DNA of 64,000 nucleotides, taken from an uncultured Verrucomicrobiae bacterium (GTDB taxonomy: Bacteria; Verrucomicrobiota; Verrucomicrobiia; Chthoniobacterales; UBA10450). The position numbers and the translations under genes are program-made. The DNA is taken from assembly GCA_963834385.1 (NCBI GenBank), contig CAWIBO010000005.1, forward strand, positions 160,001-224,000. Reading direction: 5' to 3'. The notes beneath the pieces were generated by a model. The model was given only the letters and a program-made list of their open reading frames with translations, was not told where the DNA came from and searched no databases. The stretch's first letter is position 1. Each line of letters begins with the position of its first letter. Positions 33,785 through 44,680 of this stretch are shown here, in pieces.

Positions 33785-34951
33785 ATGTCGCGCTTTTATC
33801 CGCTGCTGGGGTTGCTCTGCGGATACGGGCTCGTCATGTGGACCAACCCGATCCACCTCGCCCTGCGCGACGGTCTGCGCTGCATCGGCCGTTACAAACG
33901 GGTCTGGCTGACCTTTGTTCTGCTGGGATTCGCTTACGCGGTCTTCCAGTTCGCCACCTTCACGCCGCTGCAGAGCTCGAGCGATCTGAACCTGCGTCAC
34001 CTCACCGGCATGCAGGAATGGGTCTGGCCGCCCTTCCTGGAGGTGTGGGGCGAAACGCCGGTGCCGGCGCTGGAAGGGGTGGCCGGCATTTTCGACAACG
34101 CCACCACGACTTATCCGCTCTCGATCGTGGCCGCCATCCTTCTCCTGGTAAACTGGCGGGGATTGCACGGCGCGCTGGTCCGGGCGCTCTGGAAACGCTT
34201 TCGATTCCTGGCCGTGGCCATCTACCTCGTGCTCCTGCTGGCCGCCTTTGCCGCCCTGCTGAAACCGGTGGTCTTCTGGAAACTGCCGGCCTGGAGCGGC
34301 GCCATTTCCACCGCGCACCTGCTCCGTTTCTCCGCCGTGACCGACTCGGTCTCGTTTGTTTTTGAGTATCTTTTTGGCGTTTACATCCAGGTTTACCTGA
34401 TCACCGTCTGCCTGGCCTGGATCAAGGGGTTGAGTTTCCAGGAAGAGCAGCTCTTTCAGTTCGCCGTGCGGCGTTTCAGTTTCGTCCTGAAGTGGGCCGG
34501 GGTGGTCGTGCTGGTGAGCCTGCTTGTCGTCCGGCTCCCCGCCCTCCTTGGCTATTTCATGGAGATTCCCGGGGTCCTTGATTTCCTGCCATTGCAACGC
34601 GCCTTAATGGGTGTGCTGATCATTCTCTTCGGCTCCGTCCAGATCTCGCTCGTGCTGCACAACGAGAATCTGCGGGAGGCCCTCCGGGCCCATTGGAATT
34701 TTCTCCGGCGCGACGCCCGGCGTTTCGGCTGGTTCCTGCTGGTCTGCGCCCTCCACTTCTTTCTCCTGGTCGCGCTCGACGCGGTGATACGCTCCGCCAT
34801 GGCCGATCGCGTCACCGCCATCATCATCTGGAAGACGCTTTACGTCATCCTGCGGGGGCTGGTCACCGGCTGGCTCCTGGCCTCGTGGGTCTGTCTCTTC
34901 CGGCAGTGCGAAACCGGCCGGATCAACGAGGAAAGCTGGATCAAGTATTGA
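33785..34951 (+). CDS. Polytopic membrane protein of unknown function
   Basis: About 8-9 hydrophobic segments; in an operon between lepB and the hpnD-like gene. Confidence 0.75.
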   Translation: MSRFYPLLGLLCGYGLVMWTNPIHLALRDGLRCIGRYKRVWLTFVLLGFAYAVFQFATFTPLQSSSDLNLRHLTGMQEWVWPPFLEVWGETPVPALEGVAGIFDNATTTYPLSIVAAILLLVNWRGLHGALVRALWKRFRFLAVAIYLVLLLAAFAALLKPVVFWKLPAWSGAISTAHLLRFSAVTDSVSFVFEYLFGVYIQVYLITVCLAWIKGLSFQEEQLFQFAVRRFSFVLKWAGVVVLVSLLVVRLPALLGYFMEIPGVLDFLPLQRALMGVLIILFGSVQISLVLHNENLREALRAHWNFLRRDARRFGWFLLVCALHFFLLVALDAVIRSAMADRVTAIIIWKTLYVILRGLVTGWLLASWVCLFRQCETGRINEESWIKY

Positions 34952-35781
34952 AAACGCCCGAGTCCGCGCAGGTCATCACGAGCCGGAGCAAATCCAACCT
35001 TGCCCTGGCCTTTGTCGCGCTTGATCCGGCCCGCCGCCGGGACATCACGACCTTCTACGCCTTTTGCCGCCTGGTGGACGACATCGCCGACGAACCGGGA
35101 CCGTCCGTGGCGGAGAAGCAGGCGGGGCTCGACTGCTGGCGACGGAGCCTGCATGGACCGACTGCGGAGGAGCCGCCGCTGGCGGTAGAGGTGCGCGCGC
35201 TGATGACGCGGTATCCGGTGACCCCGGCCATGTTCGAGGAGATCGTGGACGGCGTGGAGATGGACCTGCGGGTCGCGGAGTATGGCACTTTCGAGGAGCT
35301 GCGACTTTATTGTTACCGCGTGGCCAGTGCGGTCGGCCTGATCAGCATCGAGATCTTCGGTTACAAGAACCCGCAATGCCGGGAATATGCGGTGGAGCTG
35401 GGGCTCGCCCTGCAGATGACCAACATCATCCGGGACGTGGGCAAGGATCTCGAGAACGGACGCATTTATCTTCCGCGCGAGGACATGGCGCGCTGGGGTT
35501 ACAGCGCGGCGCAGTTGCGGGAGCGCGTCCATAACGAGGAATTCGTCCGGTTGATGCGTTTCGAGGCGGAACGGGCGCATGCGTTTTACGGGAACGCCGT
35601 CCGGCTGCTCCCGCCGGAGGATCGCCGGGCGATGGTGGCGGCGGAGATCATGCGCTCGACTTATCACGCGTTGTTGCGCCGGATCGAGGCGGGCGGGTTT
35701 CGGGTCTTTGACCGGGTGCACTCGCTCGGGAAAGCGGCGAAGTTATTTCACATTTCGCGGCATCTCCTGGGATTTGGCTGA
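34948..35781 (+). CDS. hpnD: Squalene/phytoene synthase family protein (presqualene diphosphate synthase HpnD-like)
   Basis: YAFCRLVDDIAD, YCYRVASAVG, LQMTNIIRDV and GRIYLP; the TTG start overlaps the upstream stop. Confidence 0.8.
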   Translation: MKTPESAQVITSRSKSNLALAFVALDPARRRDITTFYAFCRLVDDIADEPGPSVAEKQAGLDCWRRSLHGPTAEEPPLAVEVRALMTRYPVTPAMFEEIVDGVEMDLRVAEYGTFEELRLYCYRVASAVGLISIEIFGYKNPQCREYAVELGLALQMTNIIRDVGKDLENGRIYLPREDMARWGYSAAQLRERVHNEEFVRLMRFEAERAHAFYGNAVRLLPPEDRRAMVAAEIMRSTYHALLRRIEAGGFRVFDRVHSLGKAAKLFHISRHLLGFG

Positions 35782-35829
35782 ATTCAACCTTTTAACATCC
35801 CGTCGTCACCGTATATTCGTTGTCTAGTT

Positions 35830-36222
35830 ATGAAGAAATACACTCTAGCCGCGATAATGGCCGCCATGCTGGCGGCGCTCACTCTCACTTCATGTCACAC
35901 ACCCACTGGACAGGGCGCAGGCTTCGGCGCCGCCACGGGCGCCATCATTGGCGGGGCCACCACCGGTAACGTCCGCGGGGCCGCCATCGGCGCCGGTATC
36001 GGTGCGGCCGCCGGCGCGCTGGTTGGTGCGGCGGTGGAAGCCGAAGGCGGCTACTACGGTGGCCAGCCGGTCGACGCCTATCCCTACGGCCGCGTTGGCG
36101 GTGGCGGACCGGGTGTGGTGCGCAGCCCCTATCCTCCGCATGGACTGGTGGATGTCCGCGGCATTCCGCGTGGCGCCCTCGTGCGTGACCCGCACAGTGG
36201 CCGCGTTTTCCGCCGGCCCTAG
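35830..36222 (+). CDS. Glycine-zipper lipoprotein
   Basis: Lipobox LTSC; GAGFGAATGAIIG...GAAIGAGIGAAAG. Confidence 0.85.
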   Translation: MKKYTLAAIMAAMLAALTLTSCHTPTGQGAGFGAATGAIIGGATTGNVRGAAIGAGIGAAAGALVGAAVEAEGGYYGGQPVDAYPYGRVGGGGPGVVRSPYPPHGLVDVRGIPRGALVRDPHSGRVFRRP

Positions 36223-36269
36223 GCGCAGCAGGTGATCAGTTTCGAACGGGTTGATCCGGCGCGTCCGGG

Positions 36270-37745
36270 TCAACCCGTTTGCTTTTTCAGGGTCTCGACA
36301 ATCCGCTCGACCTCGCCGGTCATCCGGACCAGTTCCGGCCATTCGCGGTGATAACCTTCCCCGGCGAGCTTGCGGGTGGCGTCAAAGCCCATGTGCGACC
36401 CGACATTCTGGTCACTCGGCGCATGGTCGAGTGAGTCGCTCGGGTTCTTGATCACGGTCGTGTCGCGGCCCGGATCGGTATTGGCACAAAGGCGGAAGAG
36501 GACTTCGCTGGTGTTCTGCACGTCGCAATCCTCGTCCACCACCACGATGTATTTGCTGAACATCATCTGGCCCATCCCCCAGAGGCCGTGCATGACCTTG
36601 AACGCCTGGAAGGGGTATTGCTTGCGGATGCTGACGAAGACGAGGTTATGGAAAACGCCCTCGGCCGGGAGGGCCATGTCCACGATCTCCGGAAAATTCA
36701 TGCGGAAGACCGGCAGAAAAATCCGGACACTGGCTTCGCCCAGGTAATAATCCTCCATCGGGGGAATGCCCACGATGGTGGTGGGATAAACCGCTTCTTT
36801 CCGGTGGGTGATCGCGGTCAGGTGGAAGACCGGGTAATCCTCCACCGCCGTGTAAAAGCCGGTGTGATCGCCGAAGGGCCCTTCGGGGCGGGTTTCGCCG
36901 GGCTGCACGTAGCCCTCGAGCACGAAATCGACATCCGCCGGCACCTCCAGGTCCACCGTCCGGCAGCGGACCATGGCGACCGATTGGCGGCGCAGGAAAC
37001 CGGCGAAGAGAATTTCATCGAGGCCGTCGGGAAGCGGGGCGGTGGCGGCGAAGGTGTAGGCGGGGTCGCCCCCGATGGTGACCGCCACCGGCATTCGTTC
37101 GCCCCGTTCGTAGTAGGTCTTGCCGTGGCGGGCGCCCACTTTGTGCACCTGCCAATGCATTCCGGTGGTGCGGTCATCGTAAACCTGCATGCGATACATG
37201 CCGATGTTGCGCTCGCCGCTCTCCGGGTCGCGCGTGTGGACGTTCGGGAGGGTGATAAAGCGGCCGCCATCCTTGGGCCAGCATTTCAGGACGGGCAGGT
37301 CGCGCAGGCTGAAGGCGGCGGACTCCCGGTCCTCAAGCAGATGGACCACTTCCTGGCAGACGGCGTCACGCGTCGATTTCGGACGGGCGTGCAGGAGATG
37401 AATTCCCTGGCGCAGGAGGCTCCATCCCTCGCGCAGGTTGGTTGGAGGCTTGGCCTTGAGGAGGAGCTGGATTTCCCGGGCGATTTCATCGATGGAGTCA
37501 CGCTGCAGGGCCAGGGCCATGCGCCGCCGGGAGCCCATGGTGTTGATGGCCACGGGAAAAGCGGAGGGCTTCCCCTCGACTAGGGGCTGCTCGAAGAGAA
37601 GGGCCTTGCCGCCCCCGGGCGCCTTCATCTCGCGGTCGGCCCAGGCGCTGACAACCAGATCGGTCTCGACCGGGGCGGTGATCCGCACCAGTTCATCCGC
37701 GCGTTCGAGCGCGTCGATAAACTGCCCGAACGAGCTGTAAGCCAT
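36270..37745 (-). CDS. UbiD-family decarboxylase (menaquinone/futalosine pathway type)
   Basis: DGGRFITLP, RNIGMYRMQ, EGPFGDHTGFY and MHGLWGMGQMMFSK. Confidence 0.92.
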   Translation of the reverse strand: MAYSSFGQFIDALERADELVRITAPVETDLVVSAWADREMKAPGGGKALLFEQPLVEGKPSAFPVAINTMGSRRRMALALQRDSIDEIAREIQLLLKAKPPTNLREGWSLLRQGIHLLHARPKSTRDAVCQEVVHLLEDRESAAFSLRDLPVLKCWPKDGGRFITLPNVHTRDPESGERNIGMYRMQVYDDRTTGMHWQVHKVGARHGKTYYERGERMPVAVTIGGDPAYTFAATAPLPDGLDEILFAGFLRRQSVAMVRCRTVDLEVPADVDFVLEGYVQPGETRPEGPFGDHTGFYTAVEDYPVFHLTAITHRKEAVYPTTIVGIPPMEDYYLGEASVRIFLPVFRMNFPEIVDMALPAEGVFHNLVFVSIRKQYPFQAFKVMHGLWGMGQMMFSKYIVVVDEDCDVQNTSEVLFRLCANTDPGRDTTVIKNPSDSLDHAPSDQNVGSHMGFDATRKLAGEGYHREWPELVRMTGEVERIVETLKKQTG

Positions 37746-37793
37746 CAGGTCAGCGTCGCCAGGGAGCGACCGGGTTCAGGAAGGCCGGGGCGA

Positions 37794-38315
37794 TTACGGG
37801 GCCGTGGTGGCGGCCTGCGTGGCCGGGTTCATAAACTGATACCCGACGACGCGACCGTTCTGGAAGGAGACGATGCGCGACGGCACTTCCACCGTCTCGA
37901 AGCGCGAGTAGAAGAACGGGTCGTAGAACGGATCGTAATAGCCGAAGTGATGATAACGGTAGCCGCCGCGGTGCCGGTAATAGCCGCCGCCGTAGGAGCC
38001 GAAGCCAAGGCCGAAACCGAAGTGCGGGCTGTAGGCCGTGCGCGTGGTTGTAAAGACCCAGGTCTCAATCTGGCGGCCGCGTGATCTGCCGGAGAGACGC
38101 TCTGCGGGCGAGCCCCAGGCGAGGAAAACGGCATCCTGCGACATGCCTTCGCGGATTCGTCCTTCGCGCACCAGGCCCTGGTCACGCGGGGAGAGGGTTT
38201 GGTAAAGAGCCGGGTATTGCGAGATCCGGTATTCCGTCGTGGCGCAGCCCGCCACCAGCAACGCGCCCAATGCAGTGAGGACTGCCAGCGCCCAGGAAAA
38301 GTTTCGACGCTTCAT
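37794..38315 (-). CDS. Lipoprotein with Gly/Tyr-rich insert
   Basis: Lipobox VAGC; GMSQDAVFLAWGSP (SmpA/BamE-like motif); G/Y/H-rich tract. Confidence 0.75.
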   Translation of the reverse strand: MKRRNFSWALAVLTALGALLVAGCATTEYRISQYPALYQTLSPRDQGLVREGRIREGMSQDAVFLAWGSPAERLSGRSRGRQIETWVFTTTRTAYSPHFGFGLGFGSYGGGYYRHRGGYRYHHFGYYDPFYDPFFYSRFETVEVPSRIVSFQNGRVVGYQFMNPATQAATTAP

Positions 38316-38323
38316 AATTAACA

Positions 38324-38351
38324 AGGATAAGGCCGCTCCCGCGGGCGTCAA
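38324..38351 (-). promoter_or_regulatory. sigma70-like promoter, near-leaderless
   Basis: TTGACG-16 bp-TATCCT, 8 nt before the ATG at 38315. Confidence 0.5.
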
Positions 38352-38380
38352 ACGGTGGAAAGCTCCATCGGCCGGCAGCG

Positions 38381-39136
38381 TTACGCCTCGATCAGGGCAA
38401 TGGCCGGGGGACAGTTGAAGCGCAGCGGCACGTAAACCGTGCCAATGCCGCTGCTTACATGCATCGGTCCGTTGGGCGTACGGTAAAGGCCGAGGTCATA
38501 CCGTCCCACCCCATAGGGCACGACAAGCGCGCCCCACCCGGGCAGCCGAATCTGCCCACCATGCGAGTGGCCCGCCAGGATCAGGTCGAAGCGCCGTTGT
38601 TTCAGCCCTTCCACCATCATCGGGTAATGCATCAGGAGAACCTGCCGCGACGCGTCTGATGATGGCAGCATGTGCATGCCGCGCCCGCCGCCAATGAGCG
38701 CGAGGTCATGCCGCGGCAGATAAAGCGCGCGGTCCGCCAGCCAGGCGCCCCCGGTGGCGGCAAAGGCCTTTTCGTATTCTCGAAAATCGGCGCCGCTCCA
38801 GTAATCGTGGTTCCCCGGATTGCCGTAGACGGGCACCTTGATCTGCCGGATGAAGTCGAGCGCCTCCGGCGCGAAAGCCTTGTCCTCCACGAGATCGCCG
38901 GTGAAGCAGGCGAAGTCGGCCTGGAGCGCGTTGATGGCATCGATGACGGATGCGGCGTAACCGGCGTCGCCCTTGTAATGGAAATCAGTGAAGTGAACCA
39001 GGCGGCAGCCGAGGTTGTCGCCGGTGCGCAGCCGGCGGACCCGCAGCATTGTCGGCTCCAGACAATAAGCCTCGGCGGCGACCGCCGCGGGCACCGCCAG
39101 CGCCGCCAGGGCAAGAAAACGACGGCGCGTGATCAT
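38381..39136 (-). CDS. YkuE-like metallophosphoesterase with Tat signal
   Basis: TRRRFL; DFH, GDLV, GNHD and GHSHGGQ. Confidence 0.92.
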   Translation of the reverse strand: MITRRRFLALAALAVPAAVAAEAYCLEPTMLRVRRLRTGDNLGCRLVHFTDFHYKGDAGYAASVIDAINALQADFACFTGDLVEDKAFAPEALDFIRQIKVPVYGNPGNHDYWSGADFREYEKAFAATGGAWLADRALYLPRHDLALIGGGRGMHMLPSSDASRQVLLMHYPMMVEGLKQRRFDLILAGHSHGGQIRLPGWGALVVPYGVGRYDLGLYRTPNGPMHVSSGIGTVYVPLRFNCPPAIALIEA

Positions 39137-39142
39137 CGGGAT

Positions 39143-40216
39143 TTAATCCGGGTGAATCAGCAGCTCGAAAGTTCTGCGTCCGTTGTCCGTCAGCCGGGCA
39201 TTTTCGCCGCGCCCGGCCAGCCGGCCTCCGGTGAGGAGGGAAAGATCGCCCGTGTCGCGCTTGACGAAGGTGAGGGTGGGGCGATCGACCGTTTCGTTCA
39301 GGGGTTCGATCCTTATCGGCACGCCGGTGCGGGCAAACGAGACCGCCCACGCCCGGGCGCTGCCGGCGTCGCCGCGCACGAGCCACGGATACTCGCGCCG
39401 GATGAAGAAGTTTTTGGAGTCGGGGAAGGCGATTTTGTAGAAGGTTTGCTCGCGGGCGAGGAATTGGGGCAGGGTCAGGGTGGGATCCTCCTTCTGCGCG
39501 AGGTAAAGGCCGGCGATATCGAGCCCGGCGAGGTTAAGGCCGTTGTAAATCCCGTTGTAATTGGGCTGGCCGGGGAAACAGCGGCGGTGCCAGCTCTCGA
39601 AGTTGCGGTTGAGCATCAGATTGAGCTCGAGATGGAGATGGGCCCGCTCGCGGTTAATGCCCGCGCCGGTATAGCCGAGGCGCCCAATCGCTTCGCCCTG
39701 GGCGACGCGGGCACCCGCGCGGGCGGCGATTGAGTTCAGGTGCGCGTAAAGGCTGTAATAGCTGCTGCCGCCCCATTGATGCTCGAGCACCACATAACGG
39801 CCGTAGTTTGACTGGCCCGCATGCGGATTCACGTGCACCACGCGCCCCTCGGCGATCGCCCGCACTTCATCGAGCGGTTCTCCCCGGTCATCCCGGCCAA
39901 CGCAGCGAATGTCGATCCCCTCGTGAAAACGGGAGTAAACCAGGCCGCGCCCGGTGGGAACAGGGTTGCGGACAAAGCCGTAGCGCCCGCCTTCCCACGG
40001 GGTCGAGCGCGCCCCGCGGTAGTTCCTCTCGATGTACTGGTAAAACTCCGGGCCGCCGCCGCGGTAGAGCGCGTCGTTCACGGTGGGCAGCGCCAGGCGC
40101 GGCATGTTTTCCGCCGCGCCCACGCCCGGCAGGAGCAGAAGGCAGGCGCAGAAGAACGCCCGCGCGCCTGCCGGGCGGGCTCTCCTTACTTTTTTCGCTG
40201 CCCGATCAGTGGCCAC
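39143..40216 (-). CDS. M23 family metallopeptidase (start uncertain)
   Basis: FHEGIDI, YGRYVVLEH, SLYAHL and AHLHLE. Confidence 0.9.
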   Translation of the reverse strand: MATDRAAKKVRRARPAGARAFFCACLLLLPGVGAAENMPRLALPTVNDALYRGGGPEFYQYIERNYRGARSTPWEGGRYGFVRNPVPTGRGLVYSRFHEGIDIRCVGRDDRGEPLDEVRAIAEGRVVHVNPHAGQSNYGRYVVLEHQWGGSSYYSLYAHLNSIAARAGARVAQGEAIGRLGYTGAGINRERAHLHLELNLMLNRNFESWHRRCFPGQPNYNGIYNGLNLAGLDIAGLYLAQKEDPTLTLPQFLAREQTFYKIAFPDSKNFFIRREYPWLVRGDAGSARAWAVSFARTGVPIRIEPLNETVDRPTLTFVKRDTGDLSLLTGGRLAGRGENARLTDNGRRTFELLIHPD

Positions 40217-40653
40217 GTCTTTCGCATCAACTCAATGTCGGCTGCGGTCAACCCGTTCTCGAGATAGAGACGGCCGTCCTGCACCCGCTGGTCGATCTGG
40301 AGCTGCGCCACCTGGCGGCCGTTGACGTAGATCACCAGCGGAGTTCCGCGGCGTTCCACGCTCAGGGTATCGAGGGCGAGCCGGCCGTGACGGTCGAGCT
40401 GCAGGAGCACCCCGAAGGAGCCGTCCCCGGCCTGGTAAGGCCGGAAGGTCTCGACATCGCGCTCCGAGATCACGGCCGTTTTCGTGATGAAAATCGTGCG
40501 GCCATCCGCGCGGGAGACAACCGGCGCGGCGAAACTGCTGGAATCGTTGGCGTTGGCCATGGTGTGCGCCCGGAACGAGGCTTTTTTCTCTTTCGCCGTC
40601 ACCGACCCGGCCAGGGCGAGGAGAAGGAGGAGGATTAGCCCGATTCGCGTCAT
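40186..40653 (-). CDS. Small secreted protein resembling a stand-alone SecD/SecF periplasmic head subdomain
   Basis: Signal peptide; GVLLQLD--GRLAL...GTPLVIYVNGRQV...IDQRVQDGRLYL-NGLT. Confidence 0.55.
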   Translation of the reverse strand: MTRIGLILLLLLALAGSVTAKEKKASFRAHTMANANDSSSFAAPVVSRADGRTIFITKTAVISERDVETFRPYQAGDGSFGVLLQLDRHGRLALDTLSVERRGTPLVIYVNGRQVAQLQIDQRVQDGRLYLENGLTAADIELMRKTWPLIGQRKK

Positions 40654-40710
40654 GGCTGATTCTGATAAAGGGTTTGACAGGAAATGCAACGTCAGGTGAT
40701 TAGCCGCTCA

Positions 40711-41232
40711 ATGAAACGCGCCGCCATCCTCTTCGTGCTGGGGCTCTTGCTCGCTTCCGCCCTCCCGGCGCAGAACGCGGGGGAGGAGCGGCAGCGCCGC
40801 GGGCTTCTCGGCCGTCTCTGGCCCTTTGGCGGCTCCGACCTCCCTTCCTACAAGGATCCACGCCTGCGCGGCCTTGTCCTCGAGCTGACGCTGCCGGAGC
40901 AGCCGGTGAGACTCTCCGAGGTGCGGCAACTGGAGGTGCATGCCCGCCTGACCAACAAATCAAAACGGCCGATCACCCTGGAGTTTCCCACCGGCCAGCG
41001 GATCGAAATCCAGCTCCTCAATTCCACCGGCACGGTCCTGACGACCTGGTCGGACAACCGGGCTTTCAGCGAGCAGCGAACGAGCATTCTCGTGAACCCG
41101 CAGGAGCATCTCGATTACAACGAAACCATCGCCACGCGCGACTTGAGCCCGAACAAGGTCTTTATCGCGGAGGTCTTCTTTCCCGCCTACCCGGAACTGC
41201 GAGTCCGGCAGAAGTTCCTGACCGCCCCGTAA
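40711..41232 (+). CDS. Secreted protein with BsuPI (intracellular proteinase inhibitor)-like domain
   Basis: Signal peptide; LTNKS--PITLEFPTGQRIEI...WS--RAFS. Confidence 0.7.
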   Translation: MKRAAILFVLGLLLASALPAQNAGEERQRRGLLGRLWPFGGSDLPSYKDPRLRGLVLELTLPEQPVRLSEVRQLEVHARLTNKSKRPITLEFPTGQRIEIQLLNSTGTVLTTWSDNRAFSEQRTSILVNPQEHLDYNETIATRDLSPNKVFIAEVFFPAYPELRVRQKFLTAP

Positions 41233-42020
41233 TGGAGCGGCTATTTTCCGACTACCACAGTCACCCGCAGGGTCACCGTGTCCGACCTTACACGCAGGAT
41301 TTGTTGCAGCCTTGGGTCGACCAGGCCCGCGCCGCCGGCCTGCGCGACATCGCCCTGACCGATCACGATCGATACCTTGCCGGAATCGATTTCGACGAGG
41401 TCGACCGCCTTCGGGAGAACAATCCTGGCGTGTCGATCCGCGCGGGTCTTGAGCTCGATAACGATCCGGAGACCTCGGCCGGGGGGCGCTCGTGGGTGGA
41501 GAAGAACTGGGACCGGCTCGATTTTGTCCTCGGCTCCGTTCATTACCTCGAGCAGGCGGACCAGATGTTCGACACGGTCCCGGAGGGCGCCGGGCAGTTC
41601 GAGGGGCGCGACCCGGATGAGATTTACCGGGATTACTTTCGCCGGGTGCGCGAGGTGGCGGCGACCGGCCTGGTCGATTGCCTGTCGCATCTCGACCTGG
41701 TGAAGATTCATGGGCACCGGCCGACCGCTCCCCTGCGCGAACTGGTGGAGGAGACGCTTGATTTGATCCGGGAGCGCGACCTGGCAATTGAGCTTTCCAC
41801 GGCGGGCTGGCGCAAACCGGTCCGGGAGATGTACCCGGCGGATGACATCGTCACCCTCGCGCTGGAAAAAGGAATCGCGTTTACGACAGCGTCAGATGCG
41901 CACTCGCCCGTGCAACTGGGGGAGAATTATCCGCGGCTGCTGGAGCGCATGCAGGCGCTGGGCGTGCAGGAGATTTGCACCTACGAGAAGCACCGGCGCA
42001 CGGTGCATCGATTGGGGTAG
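41232..42020 (+). CDS. Histidinol-phosphatase, PHP (HisJ/HisK) family
   Basis: DYHSH, TDH, GLELD, LGSVH, SHLDLVK, ELSTAGWRKP--E-YP and SDAH. Confidence 0.85.
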   Translation: MERLFSDYHSHPQGHRVRPYTQDLLQPWVDQARAAGLRDIALTDHDRYLAGIDFDEVDRLRENNPGVSIRAGLELDNDPETSAGGRSWVEKNWDRLDFVLGSVHYLEQADQMFDTVPEGAGQFEGRDPDEIYRDYFRRVREVAATGLVDCLSHLDLVKIHGHRPTAPLRELVEETLDLIRERDLAIELSTAGWRKPVREMYPADDIVTLALEKGIAFTTASDAHSPVQLGENYPRLLERMQALGVQEICTYEKHRRTVHRLG

Positions 42021-42030
42021 TTTTTTGGGG

Positions 42031-42197
42031 GCGTGAATCGTAAATCGTGAATGGTGAATAGCGGCGCGGCGGGGCTGCGACGGAGATTCCTCGAGCGCAC
42101 CCTCCCTCTTTGCTTGTCCTCTGTGTTCTCTGCGCCCTCTGTGGTGAACTCCTTTGGCCAAGGCCTGCTCCCAGGCTCGACGGAGTCTCGCCCTACC
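42031..42197. repeat. Cluster of three mini-repeats between convergent genes
   Basis: 7-mer array at 42031-42059 (28/29 identical to 19247-19275); 9-mer x3 CTCTGYG-NN at 42119-42145; GTAG-REP GGTAGGGCGAGACTCCGTCGAGCC on the minus strand at 42174-42197. Confidence 0.8.
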
Positions 42198-42217
42198 GGG
42201 GGAGCGCAGGGCGCGGG

Positions 42218-42529
42218 CTAAAGGCCGAGCCCGGCGGGGCCGAGGCCGCCCGTGATCTTCGACATCTCGGAGGAGGCCAGCGCCTTGCCCTGCTCGATGG
42301 CCTGTTTTACCCCGCTCAGGACCATTTCCTCGAGGAAATCGACATCCTCGGGATCAACGATCTCCCGCGCGATCTTGATGGAAACGACGTCGCCGTTCCC
42401 GTTGGCCACGACGGTGACCTTGCCGCCACCGGCCGAGACCTCCACCGTCTTCTCCTCCAGCTCAGCCTGCGTTTTCTGCATCTGCTCCTGCATCTTCTGA
42501 GCCTGCTTCATCAACTTGTTTAGATTCAT
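42218..42529 (-). CDS. ybaB: YbaB/EbfC nucleoid-associated protein
   Basis: MKQAQKMQ, SAGGGKVTV and VDPEDVDFLEEMV; directly downstream of dnaX. Confidence 0.95.
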   Translation of the reverse strand: MNLNKLMKQAQKMQEQMQKTQAELEEKTVEVSAGGGKVTVVANGNGDVVSIKIAREIVDPEDVDFLEEMVLSGVKQAIEQGKALASSEMSKITGGLGPAGLGL

Positions 42530-42569
42530 AATTCTTTCTCCACCGGGCGAGGGCGCGTCGCCGCGAATG

Positions 42570-44289
<1,720 letters not shown>

Positions 44290-44435
44290 CCGTCCAACTT
44301 AGGCGGCCGGGTTGCTCGACAAAATAGAAAATGCGCGGTCAGGGCTATTTTCGTGCAAAAACGGGATGTCTCGCTGCGGGCGACCATGCGCCAGACCCGT
44401 CCGGGGGAACGGAAGTGGATGTCGAAGGAGCGGCG

Positions 44436-44477
44436 AAAAAGAAACCCCGCCGGATTTCTCCGGCGGGGTTCTTTGTT
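44436..44477 (-). terminator. Rho-independent terminator (possibly bidirectional)
   Basis: 12-bp perfect stem AACCCCGCCGGA-TTTC-TCCGGCGGGGTT with TCTTTTT following on the minus strand, about 10 nt after the small peptide's stop codon. Confidence 0.88.
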
Positions 44478-44480
44478 CAC

Positions 44481-44615
44481 TTACTTACCGATCAGCCCGA
44501 TGCAGCAGGCCCCAGGGCAGCAGGACTGCCCGGCGCCGCAGCAATCAGCCGTCCTCGTCACCGCGGTGGAGGCGGTGAGAGTGACCAGGGCCGCGAGTAA
44601 AAGGAGATACTTCAT
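44481..44615 (-). CDS. 44-aa secreted Cys-rich peptide MKYLLLLAALVTLTASTAVTRTADCCGAGQSCCPGACCIGLIGK
   Basis: My own translation (shorter than anything in the ORF track). AAAGGA RBS just upstream of the ATG, Sec-type signal, three CC pairs, terminator immediately downstream. Confidence 0.78.
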   Translation of the reverse strand: MKYLLLLAALVTLTASTAVTRTADCCGAGQSCCPGACCIGLIGK

Positions 44616-44680
44616 GAGTTCCTTTCGTTTTGCGTTAAGTCGGTTTCTCCGGCGCGAACGCCGGACCTCGCGGGTGAGAC

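Noticed and set aside
34948..35781. Terpene biosynthetic gene cluster
   Set aside because: It is a single hpnD-like gene with no hpnC/hpnE/shc or crt genes nearby.
42110..42523. ORF starting MLVLCVLCALCG as a Cys-rich protein
   Set aside because: It is a translation of the 9-mer repeat running antisense to ybaB.
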